Below are positions 16,958-24,968 of a stretch of 31,336 nt of DNA, one piece after another. The notes below the pieces were generated by a model, which was not told where the DNA came from, searched no databases, and was given only the letters and a program-made list of their open reading frames with translations. The DNA comes from a virus (lineage: Duplodnaviria; Caudoviricetes), in the IMG/VR virus record IMGVR_UViG_3300038797_000015, positions 1 to 31,336 of that record, one strand, 5' to 3'. The translations under genes were made by a program, and so were the position numbers. The number at the start of each line of letters is the position of its first letter. The stretch's first letter is position 1.

Positions 16958-17275
16958 TCAAAAAGGCGCCGGCGGCTCTGCCAGCTCCACATCCCCAGCT
17001 TCGACCGGCCGATCCTCATCGCTGGCCGCCTCCCACTCCAGGGTGATCGACTCGTCCTCGTCGTTGATGGTCATGTCGATACCGTCAGTGTCCGACAGGA
17101 TCGCCAGTAACTCATCCCACTCCTGCTGACCGTCCGTATCCAGGCGGTGAATCGTCACCTCGCGGTCAAGCTGGGCTTTCGGGTGGTTGATCATTGACGA
17201 GACGCGCAGCACCAGGCGCTCCATCCCCGTCATCGGCTTCGGCCCCGCTTCCTGTTTCTTCCCCTGCTTCGCCAT
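16958..17275 (-). CDS. DUF1654 family protein
   Basis: ERLVLRVSSMINHPKAQ...IHRLDTD...W motif; downstream of an SOS box. Confidence 0.8.
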   Translation of the reverse strand: MAKQGKKQEAGPKPMTGMERLVLRVSSMINHPKAQLDREVTIHRLDTDGQQEWDELLAILSDTDGIDMTINDEDESITLEWEAASDEDRPVEAGDVELAEPPAPF

Positions 17276-17298
17276 CAAAAATCCATCCTGTGAATTAG

Positions 17299-17314
17299 CT
17301 GTACATCCATACAG
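17299..17314. promoter_or_regulatory. LexA (SOS) box
   Basis: CTGTACATCCATACAG fits CTGT-N8-ACAG. Confidence 0.85.
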
Positions 17315-17329
17315 TACGAAAAATAAACA

Positions 17330-17384
17330 CAAGCGTACTTGCATTCAATACACAAGCATGCTTTTATAAATGCAAGCCGACTTG
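17330..17384. promoter_or_regulatory. OL operators (3 sites) / pL region
   Basis: CAAGCGTACTTG 17330, CAAGCATGCTTT 17353, CAAGCCGACTTG 17373, matching the OR consensus. Confidence 0.85.
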
Positions 17385-17403
17385 CAAACGAAACATAAGC
17401 AGA

Positions 17404-17465
17404 CGGCCAGGGCCTCAACAGGCCCGCCGCTCTTTAGCGACACCCCTTGCCGGATCAACACCGGC
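17404..17465 (+). promoter_or_regulatory. nutL-like site: boxA flanked by hairpins
   Basis: CGCTCTTTA boxA consensus at 17429 with GGGCCT/AGGCCC hairpin before and GCCGG-atcaaca-CCGGC after. Confidence 0.55.
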
Positions 17466-17704
17466 CCAGATTCACAGGCAGCGATGAACCGGCCTCAACG
17501 GTTCAGAGGGTTGGCAACTGACCCGGGCGTGCAGCGTAAAGCGCCAAGAACAGTTATCCAGCGGGAGAACAAGCCGAAAGGCCCGCGGCTGGAAGAACAA
17601 CACGATTCAAGCCAGTGACGGCCGCCAGTAGCGGGTCACGGCGCCACAGATTTACTGATGCCGCTTCGATGAGGCGGCATTGGAAATCAACGGATGGCAA
17701 CACG

Positions 17705-17893
17705 ATGACCGAGGCAGCAGCTACACAAACGAAATGCACCTACTGCGGTAAGCCAGCCGAAAAGGTGGTTCGCCGCAGCATTCACGATCGAACTCGCGAT
17801 CCATACACCAACCGTCAGGTGCTTCGCACTCGAGAGTTGCCGTTTTGCAGCGCAGAGCATGCAAGCAACTACAAAATGGGCTGCGAAGGCTGA
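17705..17893 (+). CDS. Small zinc-finger protein (62 aa)
   Basis: CTYC...FCS..H..Y motif; first ORF of the pL operon. Confidence 0.7.
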   Translation: MTEAAATQTKCTYCGKPAEKVVRRSIHDRTRDPYTNRQVLRTRELPFCSAEHASNYKMGCEG

Positions 17894-17957
17894 ACGGGCC
17901 TTTTCACTGATGCACCTGGTGACGGGTGCATTGGGAAAACAACCGGAGGGCAAGACG

Positions 17958-18254
17958 ATGGAAGTTGTATTTCTCGCAGACAGCGCTTCAGTCGAAGCGT
18001 GGAAGCTGGACAAGATCCGGGTAGTGGTTGAGGTGGAGCCGCAAGCGTTGCTCGAAGATCTTGATGTTGAAGACCGAATCAAAGGTCTCGACGAGCGCGA
18101 AGTAATCACCGCAATGGGGATTAACAAGACGCTCAACCTGCTCAACGAAAAAGAGCTGACCGACTGGATCAAGAGCAGCGATTGCGATCCGCTCGACCTT
18201 CTCAACGCAATCGGCGAAGAGTCAATCCACGAGTGGCTCAACTCGCAAGAGTGA
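17958..18254 (+). CDS. Acidic hypothetical phage protein (98 aa)
   Basis: GGAGG RBS; D/E-rich. Confidence 0.8.
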   Translation: MEVVFLADSASVEAWKLDKIRVVVEVEPQALLEDLDVEDRIKGLDEREVITAMGINKTLNLLNEKELTDWIKSSDCDPLDLLNAIGEESIHEWLNSQE

Positions 18255-18306
18255 CAACCAGCGCCACGACAGCCTGTCGTTAACTGCCCGATCCTCTCTA
18301 TGAGAG

Positions 18307-18472
18307 CGCATCGGAGGTGATCTTCAGTCCCGAAAGGGTCTAAGGGCGTCGAGCTGTAAGGTCAACCCTGCGAGCCGAAAGGCTGACAAATGCGGCGGGG
18401 TTCCGAGCCCTTAGATGGGAGTTCGTAGGAAAGGCAGACCTGGCCACGGCACTGAAGATTACCTCCGATGCG
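18307..18472 (+). ncRNA. Candidate structured RNA module 1
   Basis: 22-bp closing stem with one G-U, nested stems, two GAAA tetraloop hairpins. Confidence 0.6.
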
Positions 18473-18601
18473 GATGCACGCCCAGGCTGATGGGCAACGA
18501 CGCAGGCTCGCAAGTGGGGCGCCGACGGACTTCGGTTGATCGGCTCGGTTGAACCTGACACTTCACACCCAATCCGGAGATCAGCACCGGGCATCAGCAT
18601 C
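18473..18601 (+). ncRNA. Candidate structured RNA module 2 (kissing-loop cloverleaf)
   Basis: GATGC/GCATC closing stem, complementary loops GCTGA/TCAGC, cUUCGg tetraloop. Confidence 0.55.
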
Positions 18602-18624
18602 ACCCAACCCAACCGGAGATCACC

Positions 18625-18768
18625 ATGCTCCTACTGTTCCTGATCGGCGCAGCGCTCAGCCATGCGCGGCCAGAACCGCCATCTGATGACGGCCTGCCAA
18701 CCGGTCCCTTGCGCTTCCATCGTGAGCGCTGGCGTTCTCGACCGGGGCTTTCGGCGTTCTGGCGCTGA
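18625..18768 (+). CDS. 47-aa peptide with hydrophobic N-terminus
   Basis: GGAG RBS; MLLLFLIGAALSHARPEPP...; followed by a terminator. Confidence 0.55.
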   Translation: MLLLFLIGAALSHARPEPPSDDGLPTGPLRFHRERWRSRPGLSAFWR

Positions 18769-18803
18769 CGGTCCCGCCCAAAAACCTGACAACTACTGCA
18801 TCC

Positions 18804-18834
18804 GAAAGCCCGGACGTCCAACCGGGCTTTCTTT
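18804..18834 (+). terminator. tL-like terminator
   Basis: GAAAGCCCGG-N8-CCGGGCTTTCTTT. Confidence 0.75.
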
Positions 18835-18937
18835 ATCCCACCTCTATTACGTCAGCACTCCTCCCCCGCGCCCATCGGCAACCAGCGGGAGGCATGAGTG
18901 CTGACGAATACAGGTGAACCAACGAATGGAGAAAGTC

Positions 18938-19201
18938 ATGAATAAAGACAATGGCGGGCCAGCTTTCCCGGTCGCGGACTACGACCACATGATTTTTCAG
19001 CCGACGACAGTTGCCGAAACGAAGCGTGATTTGTCCGGCATGAGCCTGCGCGACTATTTCGCGGCCAAGGCGCTGGCGGCAATGATCCGCAATACCGTGC
19101 GCAGCGTCGGTCTTGGAGTCAGCTACCCAGATAACAACGCCAACTTTGCCCTCGCAGCTTACGCCGTGGCCGACGCCATGCTCGCAGCCCGTTCCGCCTA
19201 A
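18938..19201 (+). CDS. Conserved phage protein (GGPAFP...GMSLRDYFAAKA family)
   Basis: Recognisable motif ending AYAVADAMLAAR; GGAG RBS. Confidence 0.85.
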   Translation: MNKDNGGPAFPVADYDHMIFQPTTVAETKRDLSGMSLRDYFAAKALAAMIRNTVRSVGLGVSYPDNNANFALAAYAVADAMLAARSA

Positions 19202-19222
19202 CCCCAAACACTGGAGGTCGCC

Positions 19223-19420
19223 ATGAGCGATTGGATTCCGATTGATGGATTGCCAGAGCGCTCCATCGGTGCCCGCTACCGAATGATCCTCGACGGCACA
19301 CCTCAGGTCTGCCAAGAAATCGAAATGGAAGGTACCCGTAAGCGCTGGTTTGACGGCGAAGAGAACGGCGCCTTTCCCATCGATGACATCGAGTTGTTTA
19401 AGCCGATCCCAGCCGAGTAA
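19223..19420 (+). CDS. Hypothetical phage protein (DUF551-like start)
   Basis: GGAGG RBS; MSDWIP...LPE. Confidence 0.75.
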   Translation: MSDWIPIDGLPERSIGARYRMILDGTPQVCQEIEMEGTRKRWFDGEENGAFPIDDIELFKPIPAE

Positions 19421-19439
19421 CGCCACACTGGAGGCGACC

Positions 19440-19868
19440 ATGAACGCAGCATTGAATATCTGTCAGGTCATGCACGACGGGAAGTCGCCCCCACCGGTGA
19501 GCGAGAGTTCGCAGGAGCTGGTCCGGTCTGAATGGCTGTACAACGCCACTGAGCAACTGGTCCGCTACGGTCGAGACGTGAAGTTCCAGCGCCGCATGTG
19601 CTCGCCTCAGGGCGTGAAGGCCGAAGAGTTCGCCCTGGCGGTGGATGAGTACGCAAACAAGCGCCTCGCTGACTGTGAGGTGCACACCTCCGCCCTGGGC
19701 TGGCTGTTGATCACCACGGCCTACGGCAAGGGCGACAAGGTGGCCGTGAACGAGCTACTGGGTCACAGCGACCATCCATTCGGAAAGCTGGGCGAGATCG
19801 CGGAATCGCTTCTCGCACCGCTGGCAGATGACGCACTGATCGCCCAGGCAGAGGACGACGAGCTATGA
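19440..19868 (+). CDS. Hypothetical phage protein
   Basis: GGAGG RBS; ATGA-coupled to the next gene. Confidence 0.8.
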   Translation: MNAALNICQVMHDGKSPPPVSESSQELVRSEWLYNATEQLVRYGRDVKFQRRMCSPQGVKAEEFALAVDEYANKRLADCEVHTSALGWLLITTAYGKGDKVAVNELLGHSDHPFGKLGEIAESLLAPLADDALIAQAEDDEL

Positions 19869-20080
19869 GCAACCATGTCGCCCTGGCCCGTCTGGGCCTT
19901 GAAATCGCCAAGATCCGGCGGTCCTGCACTCCGGTGCCCGACCGCACCTTCGTCATGGGCATGATCGAAATGGCGGAGTTCGCCGAGATCATCGACGCCC
20001 CAACTGCCAACCGCTACCGCAATGCGCTGGATGCCAAGTTCGTCGAGCGCAATGCGGAGATCAGGAGTGCTGCAGCATGA
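19865..20080 (+). CDS. Hypothetical phage protein
   Basis: Coupled ORF, 71 aa. Confidence 0.75.
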   Translation: MSNHVALARLGLEIAKIRRSCTPVPDRTFVMGMIEMAEFAEIIDAPTANRYRNALDAKFVERNAEIRSAAA

Positions 20081-20277
20081 CCACGCCTATCGTGAAAACG
20101 CTGATCGACGAACAGGTCGAGCAGCTGGAAGGCATCCTCAAGCGCCCTCGCGACACTCTGGTATGCGAGCTTGAATCCCCGGTGAAAGGCGACTGGCCGC
20201 ACCATGCCCGCGACAACTCTGCATTCATGGAAGGCGACTGGGGTATTGATCTCCGGGGCCGGCTGGTGGAGCTGTGA
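20077..20277 (+). CDS. Hypothetical phage protein
   Basis: AGGAG RBS, coupled ORF, 66 aa. Confidence 0.7.
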   Translation: MTTPIVKTLIDEQVEQLEGILKRPRDTLVCELESPVKGDWPHHARDNSAFMEGDWGIDLRGRLVEL

Positions 20278-20390
20278 CACGCTACCAGCGCGCCAAGCGC
20301 ATCTCGTTCTGGCGCGGATCGGCCATCGCCCTGCTCTTCTTCTCTGCCTGGATTCTGGCAAGCGCCTACTCCGGCCACATCACTTCCTGA
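20274..20390 (+). CDS. Putative 38-aa single-TM peptide
   Basis: GTGA overlap; MTRYQRAKRISFWRGSAIALLFFSAWILASAYSGHITS. Confidence 0.6.
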   Translation: MTRYQRAKRISFWRGSAIALLFFSAWILASAYSGHITS

Positions 20391-20434
20391 CTTTCAATTT
20401 TCAAGCGCTGCGCATGTCGCGGCAAGGATTCCCC

Positions 20435-21625
20435 GTGTCCGCACAACAGCAAATCATCACCATCGACGACATCAGCGCCGACAACGCGCCGGCTATCTAC
20501 GTAGCCGGCGGCCTGAGCCAGTTCTTCGAGGCGGTAAAGGCAGAAGTCACCGGTGAGGTTCCTGACCTCAAGACTGCCAAGGGTCGCGCGCGCATTGCCA
20601 GCCTGGCAGCGACCGTCAGCAAGTCCAAGACGGCGGTCGAGAAGCCTGGCCGCGACTACCTGAAGCGCCTGAAGGAAATGCCGAAGGTCGTCGAGGCTGA
20701 GCTGCGCGAGTTCGTCACCAAGATGGACGCCCTGCGCGACGCCACCCGCCAGCCTCTGACCGAGTGGGAAGAGGCCGAGCAGGCCCGCAAAGACAAGCAC
20801 GTCGATGGCATCCAGCGGATCAAGGATCTCGCGCTGTTCGAGGTATCGCCGACGGCTGATCAGATAGCCCAGGTCATCGCTGATCTGGAACTGGTGGCCA
20901 TGGACGAAAGCTGGGAAGAGTTCCTGGCCGAAGCCGCCCAGGTGAAGGACCAGGCACTGGTCAAGCTGCGCGCCCTGCACGCCGAGCGTGCGCGGTACGA
21001 AGTCGAGCAGGCAGAGCTGGCCCGGCTGCGCGCTGAGGCAGAAGCACAGGCCCAGCGCGACCGCGATGCAGAGATTGCCCGTGCAGCAGCCGAAAAAGCT
21101 CGTATTGAGGCTGAGCAGCGGGCGCAGGCCGACCGCGATGCTGCCGTCAAACGAGAAGCCGAAGCCAAGGCCGCCGCAGACCGTCGAGAACTTGAGCTGA
21201 AGCTTGCCGCCGAGCAATCAGAGCGCGCTGCAGCACAGGCCGCCCGGGAGAAAATCGAGGCAGAACAGCGAGCCGCGCAACAGAAGATCGACGACGAGCG
21301 CCGCCACCAGGAAGCTCTGGCCCAGGCTGAAGGTGATCGCGTCGCAGCCGTGCAGCGTGCCGAGCAAGAGCGCATCGATTCGGAGCGGCGCCAAGCTGAA
21401 GCAGCTGAGCAAGCCAGGCTCGCAGAGATCGCTCGCGCCAATGCTGCTGCTGACGAGATCAACCGCCAGGCCGCCGCCCGGGAAGCAGACAAAGCCCACA
21501 AGGCCAGGATCAACCGGGCCGCGCTGGACGCCTTTGTCGCCGGCGGCATGACCGAGGAATGCGCCAAGCAAGCAATCACCCTCATCGCCCAGCGCAAGAT
21601 CCCAGCCATTGCCATCACCTACTGA
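20435..21625 (+). CDS. Long coiled-coil phage protein (TolA-like repeats)
   Basis: GTG start after AAGGA; PDLKTAKGRARIASLA motif; A/E/R-rich; upstream of the recombination genes. Confidence 0.85.
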   Translation: MSAQQQIITIDDISADNAPAIYVAGGLSQFFEAVKAEVTGEVPDLKTAKGRARIASLAATVSKSKTAVEKPGRDYLKRLKEMPKVVEAELREFVTKMDALRDATRQPLTEWEEAEQARKDKHVDGIQRIKDLALFEVSPTADQIAQVIADLELVAMDESWEEFLAEAAQVKDQALVKLRALHAERARYEVEQAELARLRAEAEAQAQRDRDAEIARAAAEKARIEAEQRAQADRDAAVKREAEAKAAADRRELELKLAAEQSERAAAQAAREKIEAEQRAAQQKIDDERRHQEALAQAEGDRVAAVQRAEQERIDSERRQAEAAEQARLAEIARANAAADEINRQAAAREADKAHKARINRAALDAFVAGGMTEECAKQAITLIAQRKIPAIAITY

Positions 21626-21632
21626 AGTCGTC

Positions 21633-22547
21633 ATGAACGAGATCATTCATATTCCGGCGCGCGAGGCGTCAGGCCTTACCGCTGCCGAGACTCATCGGTT
21701 TTCGGCGGTCGAGATTCGCCAGCGCGTGAACCTGGTGCAGGAAGTGATGCAGGGCATCATGAAGCGGGACACTCACTACGGGACGATTCCTGGCACGCCG
21801 AAGCCAACGCTCTACAAGCCCGGCGCCGAGGTGCTGTGCGTGACCTTCCGAGTCGCGCAGGAATACCGGATCGAAGACCTGTCTACCGCAAGCACCGCCC
21901 GTTATCGCGTCACCTGCGTAGGCCGCCACCAGACGACGGGCATCGCCCTCGGCGAGGGTGTTGGCGAGTGCTCTTCCGGTGAAGAGAAATACAAGTGGCG
22001 CGGCTCGATCTGCCTCGAGGAATTCGAAGCGACACCGGAGAACATGCGCCGCGTCAAATTCTCCAAGTACAAAGGCAATGTCGAGAAGAAGCCGCAGGTT
22101 CGCACTGAAGCTGCCGATTTGGCGAACACGGTGCTCAAGATGGCCTGCAAGCGCGCAATGATCGCCATGACGCTCAACGTCACCGCTGCATCCGACATCT
22201 TCACGCAGGACATTGAAGACCTTCCGGAAGAGCTTCGGCCGCAGGAAGCACATCAGCCCGGCAAACCAACCCCAGCACCGCACGACCCGACATTGGCGGC
22301 CCACTGGATAGCCCAGGCTGAAGCCGCCGCCACTCCCGAAGCGCTCACCGAAATCTGGAAGGCCGGTGTTTCGGCCATCAACGAAGTCAAGGACATGACC
22401 TCCTATGAGGCATTCAAGGTAGCGGTCGGCGCCCGTGGCGTGACCTTGAAAGAAGCAGCGGCAAAGCCCGAGCCCGAGCCTGCAAACGAAACAGCCGCCA
22501 CAAGCGCGACTGATGACGAAGTTGAATTCGAGGAGATCCCACAATGA
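21633..22547 (+). CDS. Putative single-strand annealing protein/recombinase
   Basis: KPTLYKPGAE and NTVLKMACKRA motifs, acidic tail, coupled to a YqaJ exonuclease; function inferred from synteny. Confidence 0.6.
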   Translation: MNEIIHIPAREASGLTAAETHRFSAVEIRQRVNLVQEVMQGIMKRDTHYGTIPGTPKPTLYKPGAEVLCVTFRVAQEYRIEDLSTASTARYRVTCVGRHQTTGIALGEGVGECSSGEEKYKWRGSICLEEFEATPENMRRVKFSKYKGNVEKKPQVRTEAADLANTVLKMACKRAMIAMTLNVTAASDIFTQDIEDLPEELRPQEAHQPGKPTPAPHDPTLAAHWIAQAEAAATPEALTEIWKAGVSAINEVKDMTSYEAFKVAVGARGVTLKEAAAKPEPEPANETAATSATDDEVEFEEIPQ

Positions 22548-23188
22548 TTATCGTCCATTGCTCTCAAGGATCGGATGCCTGGCACCAAGAGCGAGCCGGG
22601 GTTATCACCGCTAGCATGTTCAGCGACGCGCGGGCCCGTCTGAAATCAGGCCCCAACAAGGGAGAGCCGACCGCAAAGGCGCTGGACTACGCCTTTCGCC
22701 TGGCCGTCGAACGTATCAGTGGTGCCCCGCTGGACGGTGGCTTCGAGACCTGGCAGATGAAGCGAGGCCACGAGTTGGAGCCGGAAGCCCGCATGGAGCA
22801 CGAAATCCAGACCGGACTCATCGTCACCCAGGTGGGCCTGGTTAAAACCGATGACGGCGTGTTCGGCGCCAGTGCCGACGGCTTCATCGGCGAAGATGGC
22901 GGCTCCGAGTACAAATGCTTCCTTGCTCCCGAGAAGCTGCGCTCGTTCCATATCGACAATGATGCCAGCGACATCATGGATCAGGTCCAGGGCTGCATGT
23001 GGATCACCGGTCGCAAGTGGTGGCATATCGGGATGTACTGCCCGGACCTGAAGCCGGTCGGCCGCCAGCTCTGGTGGCAGGAATTCAAGCGCGACGAGGA
23101 CTACATCGAAAAGCTCGAGGAAGACCTCTGGCAGTTCAAGCTGCTGGTCGACAGTTACGAGGAGAAGCTGAGGAGCAAAGCAGCATGA
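22544..23188 (+). CDS. YqaJ/lambda-exonuclease family protein
   Basis: QGSDAW..R.G.ITAS, GHELEP.AR, GASADG, EYKC, QVQG. Confidence 0.92.
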   Translation: MIIVHCSQGSDAWHQERAGVITASMFSDARARLKSGPNKGEPTAKALDYAFRLAVERISGAPLDGGFETWQMKRGHELEPEARMEHEIQTGLIVTQVGLVKTDDGVFGASADGFIGEDGGSEYKCFLAPEKLRSFHIDNDASDIMDQVQGCMWITGRKWWHIGMYCPDLKPVGRQLWWQEFKRDEDYIEKLEEDLWQFKLLVDSYEEKLRSKAA

Positions 23189-23427
23189 TCAGCAACCACC
23201 TCAATCTCATCGAGCAGCAGCGGCAGAGCGCGGAATCACTCAACGACCGGATCGCTCAGTACCTGGCTGCCGGCGGGCAGATCGCTCAACTGAAAAGCCC
23301 ACCGCCCAATCCGCTGCCGCCGCCCCGCTCGCAGAAAATTGATCCCGAAACGGTGCTCAAGCGCAAACCCAGAGGCTTGAACTGGGCTGAGCGCCAGGCC
23401 CTGCGCAAAATGGCGGCTTCGCTATGA
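23185..23427 (+). CDS. Hypothetical phage protein
   Basis: ATGA coupled; YLAAGGQI motif. Confidence 0.75.
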   Translation: MISNHLNLIEQQRQSAESLNDRIAQYLAAGGQIAQLKSPPPNPLPPPRSQKIDPETVLKRKPRGLNWAERQALRKMAASL

Positions 23428-23888
23428 GCAAGGTACGCAAGCCCAACAACGGATTCGCCCGCGCCGAACGCAGCTGCCGGGCGCTGCTGAGTACCAACCA
23501 CGTCGCGGTGGTGAACATCGACCCAAGCGGTACCCAGATCATGGCGAACTGGAAAAGCTGTCGGCAGATCCGCAGCCTGGCGATCGCCAACACCCTGTTC
23601 GATTTTACCTACCGCTGGACGATCTACCTCAGCGCCATGTGTCGCGACGAGCGCGGCGTTGAGTACGTCAAGTCGGTGGAGATATCGCCCGAGGGCATCT
23701 ACAAGGTCGAGCGCCTGACGGATGCGATCGAGCATTACTACCTGGAGCTGCGAGACAGCTGCAACCCCAACCATTTGGTTGCGTCAGGCTGGATTGCGGT
23801 TCCAGCCGAGGTAACGCTCGAAGAAGCCCAGACCGCGAAGCTGTTCTACGCCGCCGGCGCCTGGCATCAGGTGAAGGTCGCAGCATGA
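23424..23888 (+). CDS. Hypothetical phage protein
   Basis: 154 aa coupled ORF. Confidence 0.8.
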   Translation: MSKVRKPNNGFARAERSCRALLSTNHVAVVNIDPSGTQIMANWKSCRQIRSLAIANTLFDFTYRWTIYLSAMCRDERGVEYVKSVEISPEGIYKVERLTDAIEHYYLELRDSCNPNHLVASGWIAVPAEVTLEEAQTAKLFYAAGAWHQVKVAA

Positions 23889-23969
23889 AGCGCCTCAGCA
23901 ACCAGGTGCGCCAGCGCCGACGACAGACATGGCTGGATATACCGGCCCACGGAATTGAAGAGGCAGGCC

Positions 23970-24305
23970 ATGGCCAAATCAGTACAGGAACGGTCGGCCA
24001 AGGCAGCGCAAAAGCGCTTGGCGGTAGCAGAGAAAGAGTTACGGCACAAGGTCAGGCCGGGTATCGAGCAGGCCATGGAACGGATTTGCGCCAGAGGCAA
24101 GACACCGATCATCAGCGAGGTTCTGCAGATCGCTATCATGAAGATGGACTTGATGGCCGACGACGAACTGGTGGCCTTCTTGAGCTATCCGCGCCACGAA
24201 ATCGTGATTAGCGAAAACGTGGCGCGGATGTTTCACAGTCAAAGCATGTACGAAATTCAAAGAAATTCAGGCGACGAGATAATTGAACCGAGCTCTAATG
24301 CTTGA
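23970..24305 (+). CDS. Hypothetical phage protein, possible DNA-binding
   Basis: GAGG RBS; MAKSVQERS; contains a copy of the dyad motif. Confidence 0.7.
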   Translation: MAKSVQERSAKAAQKRLAVAEKELRHKVRPGIEQAMERICARGKTPIISEVLQIAIMKMDLMADDELVAFLSYPRHEIVISENVARMFHSQSMYEIQRNSGDEIIEPSSNA

Positions 24306-24861
24306 AACCGGTGATAAATTCAGGAACCGAAATGCTCCAACCGAAGTTCACGGTGCAAATGAGCAAGATGCTCCATACAACCATAAGTGCAACCCCAAGC
24401 TGTATAGGAACTTTGCTCACTGAAAACTTTCTCAGAATGAGATACCTCATAACTACGCCGGTGCCACCGCTCTCTAGCCTTGTCTTGACTGCTTCGCGTA
24501 TATCCTCTTTCTTTTGCGAGAAAAGTCTTACAGGGTCTCTATCTGGCCGCTGCTCAAGTATGGCCAAGAGCCTTATTTCCGAATCTCGCAGTTCTGCCTC
24601 CCAGTGCTCCTGCCAGTACTTTGCGCCTGCTGCGATCTTAGTCTGATACCACGATACCAGCCCACCAGTAATACATGCCATAAATGACACAACTGGGAAC
24701 ATACCTGCCGACTGCACTAGCCCAGCGAATAAAACACCCTGAAAAATCATAAGGAAGTTGTTTCGATTGGTTAACTGACCAATTTCGAAGTTCCTAATTT
24801 CAATACAGCGCTCGTAAACACGCTTCGCTGCGTCAAGCTTTTCTTTTTCAGCTTCGGTCAT
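24295..24861 (-). CDS. Moron membrane protein, Rip/8xMP (RipA octameric membrane protein)-like
   Basis: IRNFEI...R, two TM helices, GAKYWQEHWE, FSVSK plus C-terminal TM; AT-richer, antisense to the operon, AGGGAG RBS. Confidence 0.65.
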   Translation of the reverse strand: MTEAEKEKLDAAKRVYERCIEIRNFEIGQLTNRNNFLMIFQGVLFAGLVQSAGMFPVVSFMACITGGLVSWYQTKIAAGAKYWQEHWEAELRDSEIRLLAILEQRPDRDPVRLFSQKKEDIREAVKTRLESGGTGVVMRYLILRKFSVSKVPIQLGVALMVVWSILLICTVNFGWSISVPEFITGFKH

Positions 24862-24968
24862 AGCCACTCCCTGATCGGCTTTGTTATTAGACAGTATCTG
24901 AATACCCCATACGAAACCAAATTGCCACCACCGGCCACCGGAGGGCGGCGCCTGACTGGAGATAATCC

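Noticed and set aside
18255-18620. Hammerhead, twister or C4 antisense RNA identity; ORF 18340-18612
   Set aside because: No CUGANGA/GAAA core arrangement or recalled consensus; the ORF is antisense with no RBS
20366-22544. Minus-strand ORFs and apparent repeats in the coiled-coil gene
   Set aside because: Shadow frames; repeats reflect A/E/R codon bias
23885-24211. 108-aa ORF MKRLSNQ...
   Set aside because: Overlaps the better-supported 23970-24305 frame for most of its length; the coupled 5' part may be real but cannot be supported as a full gene
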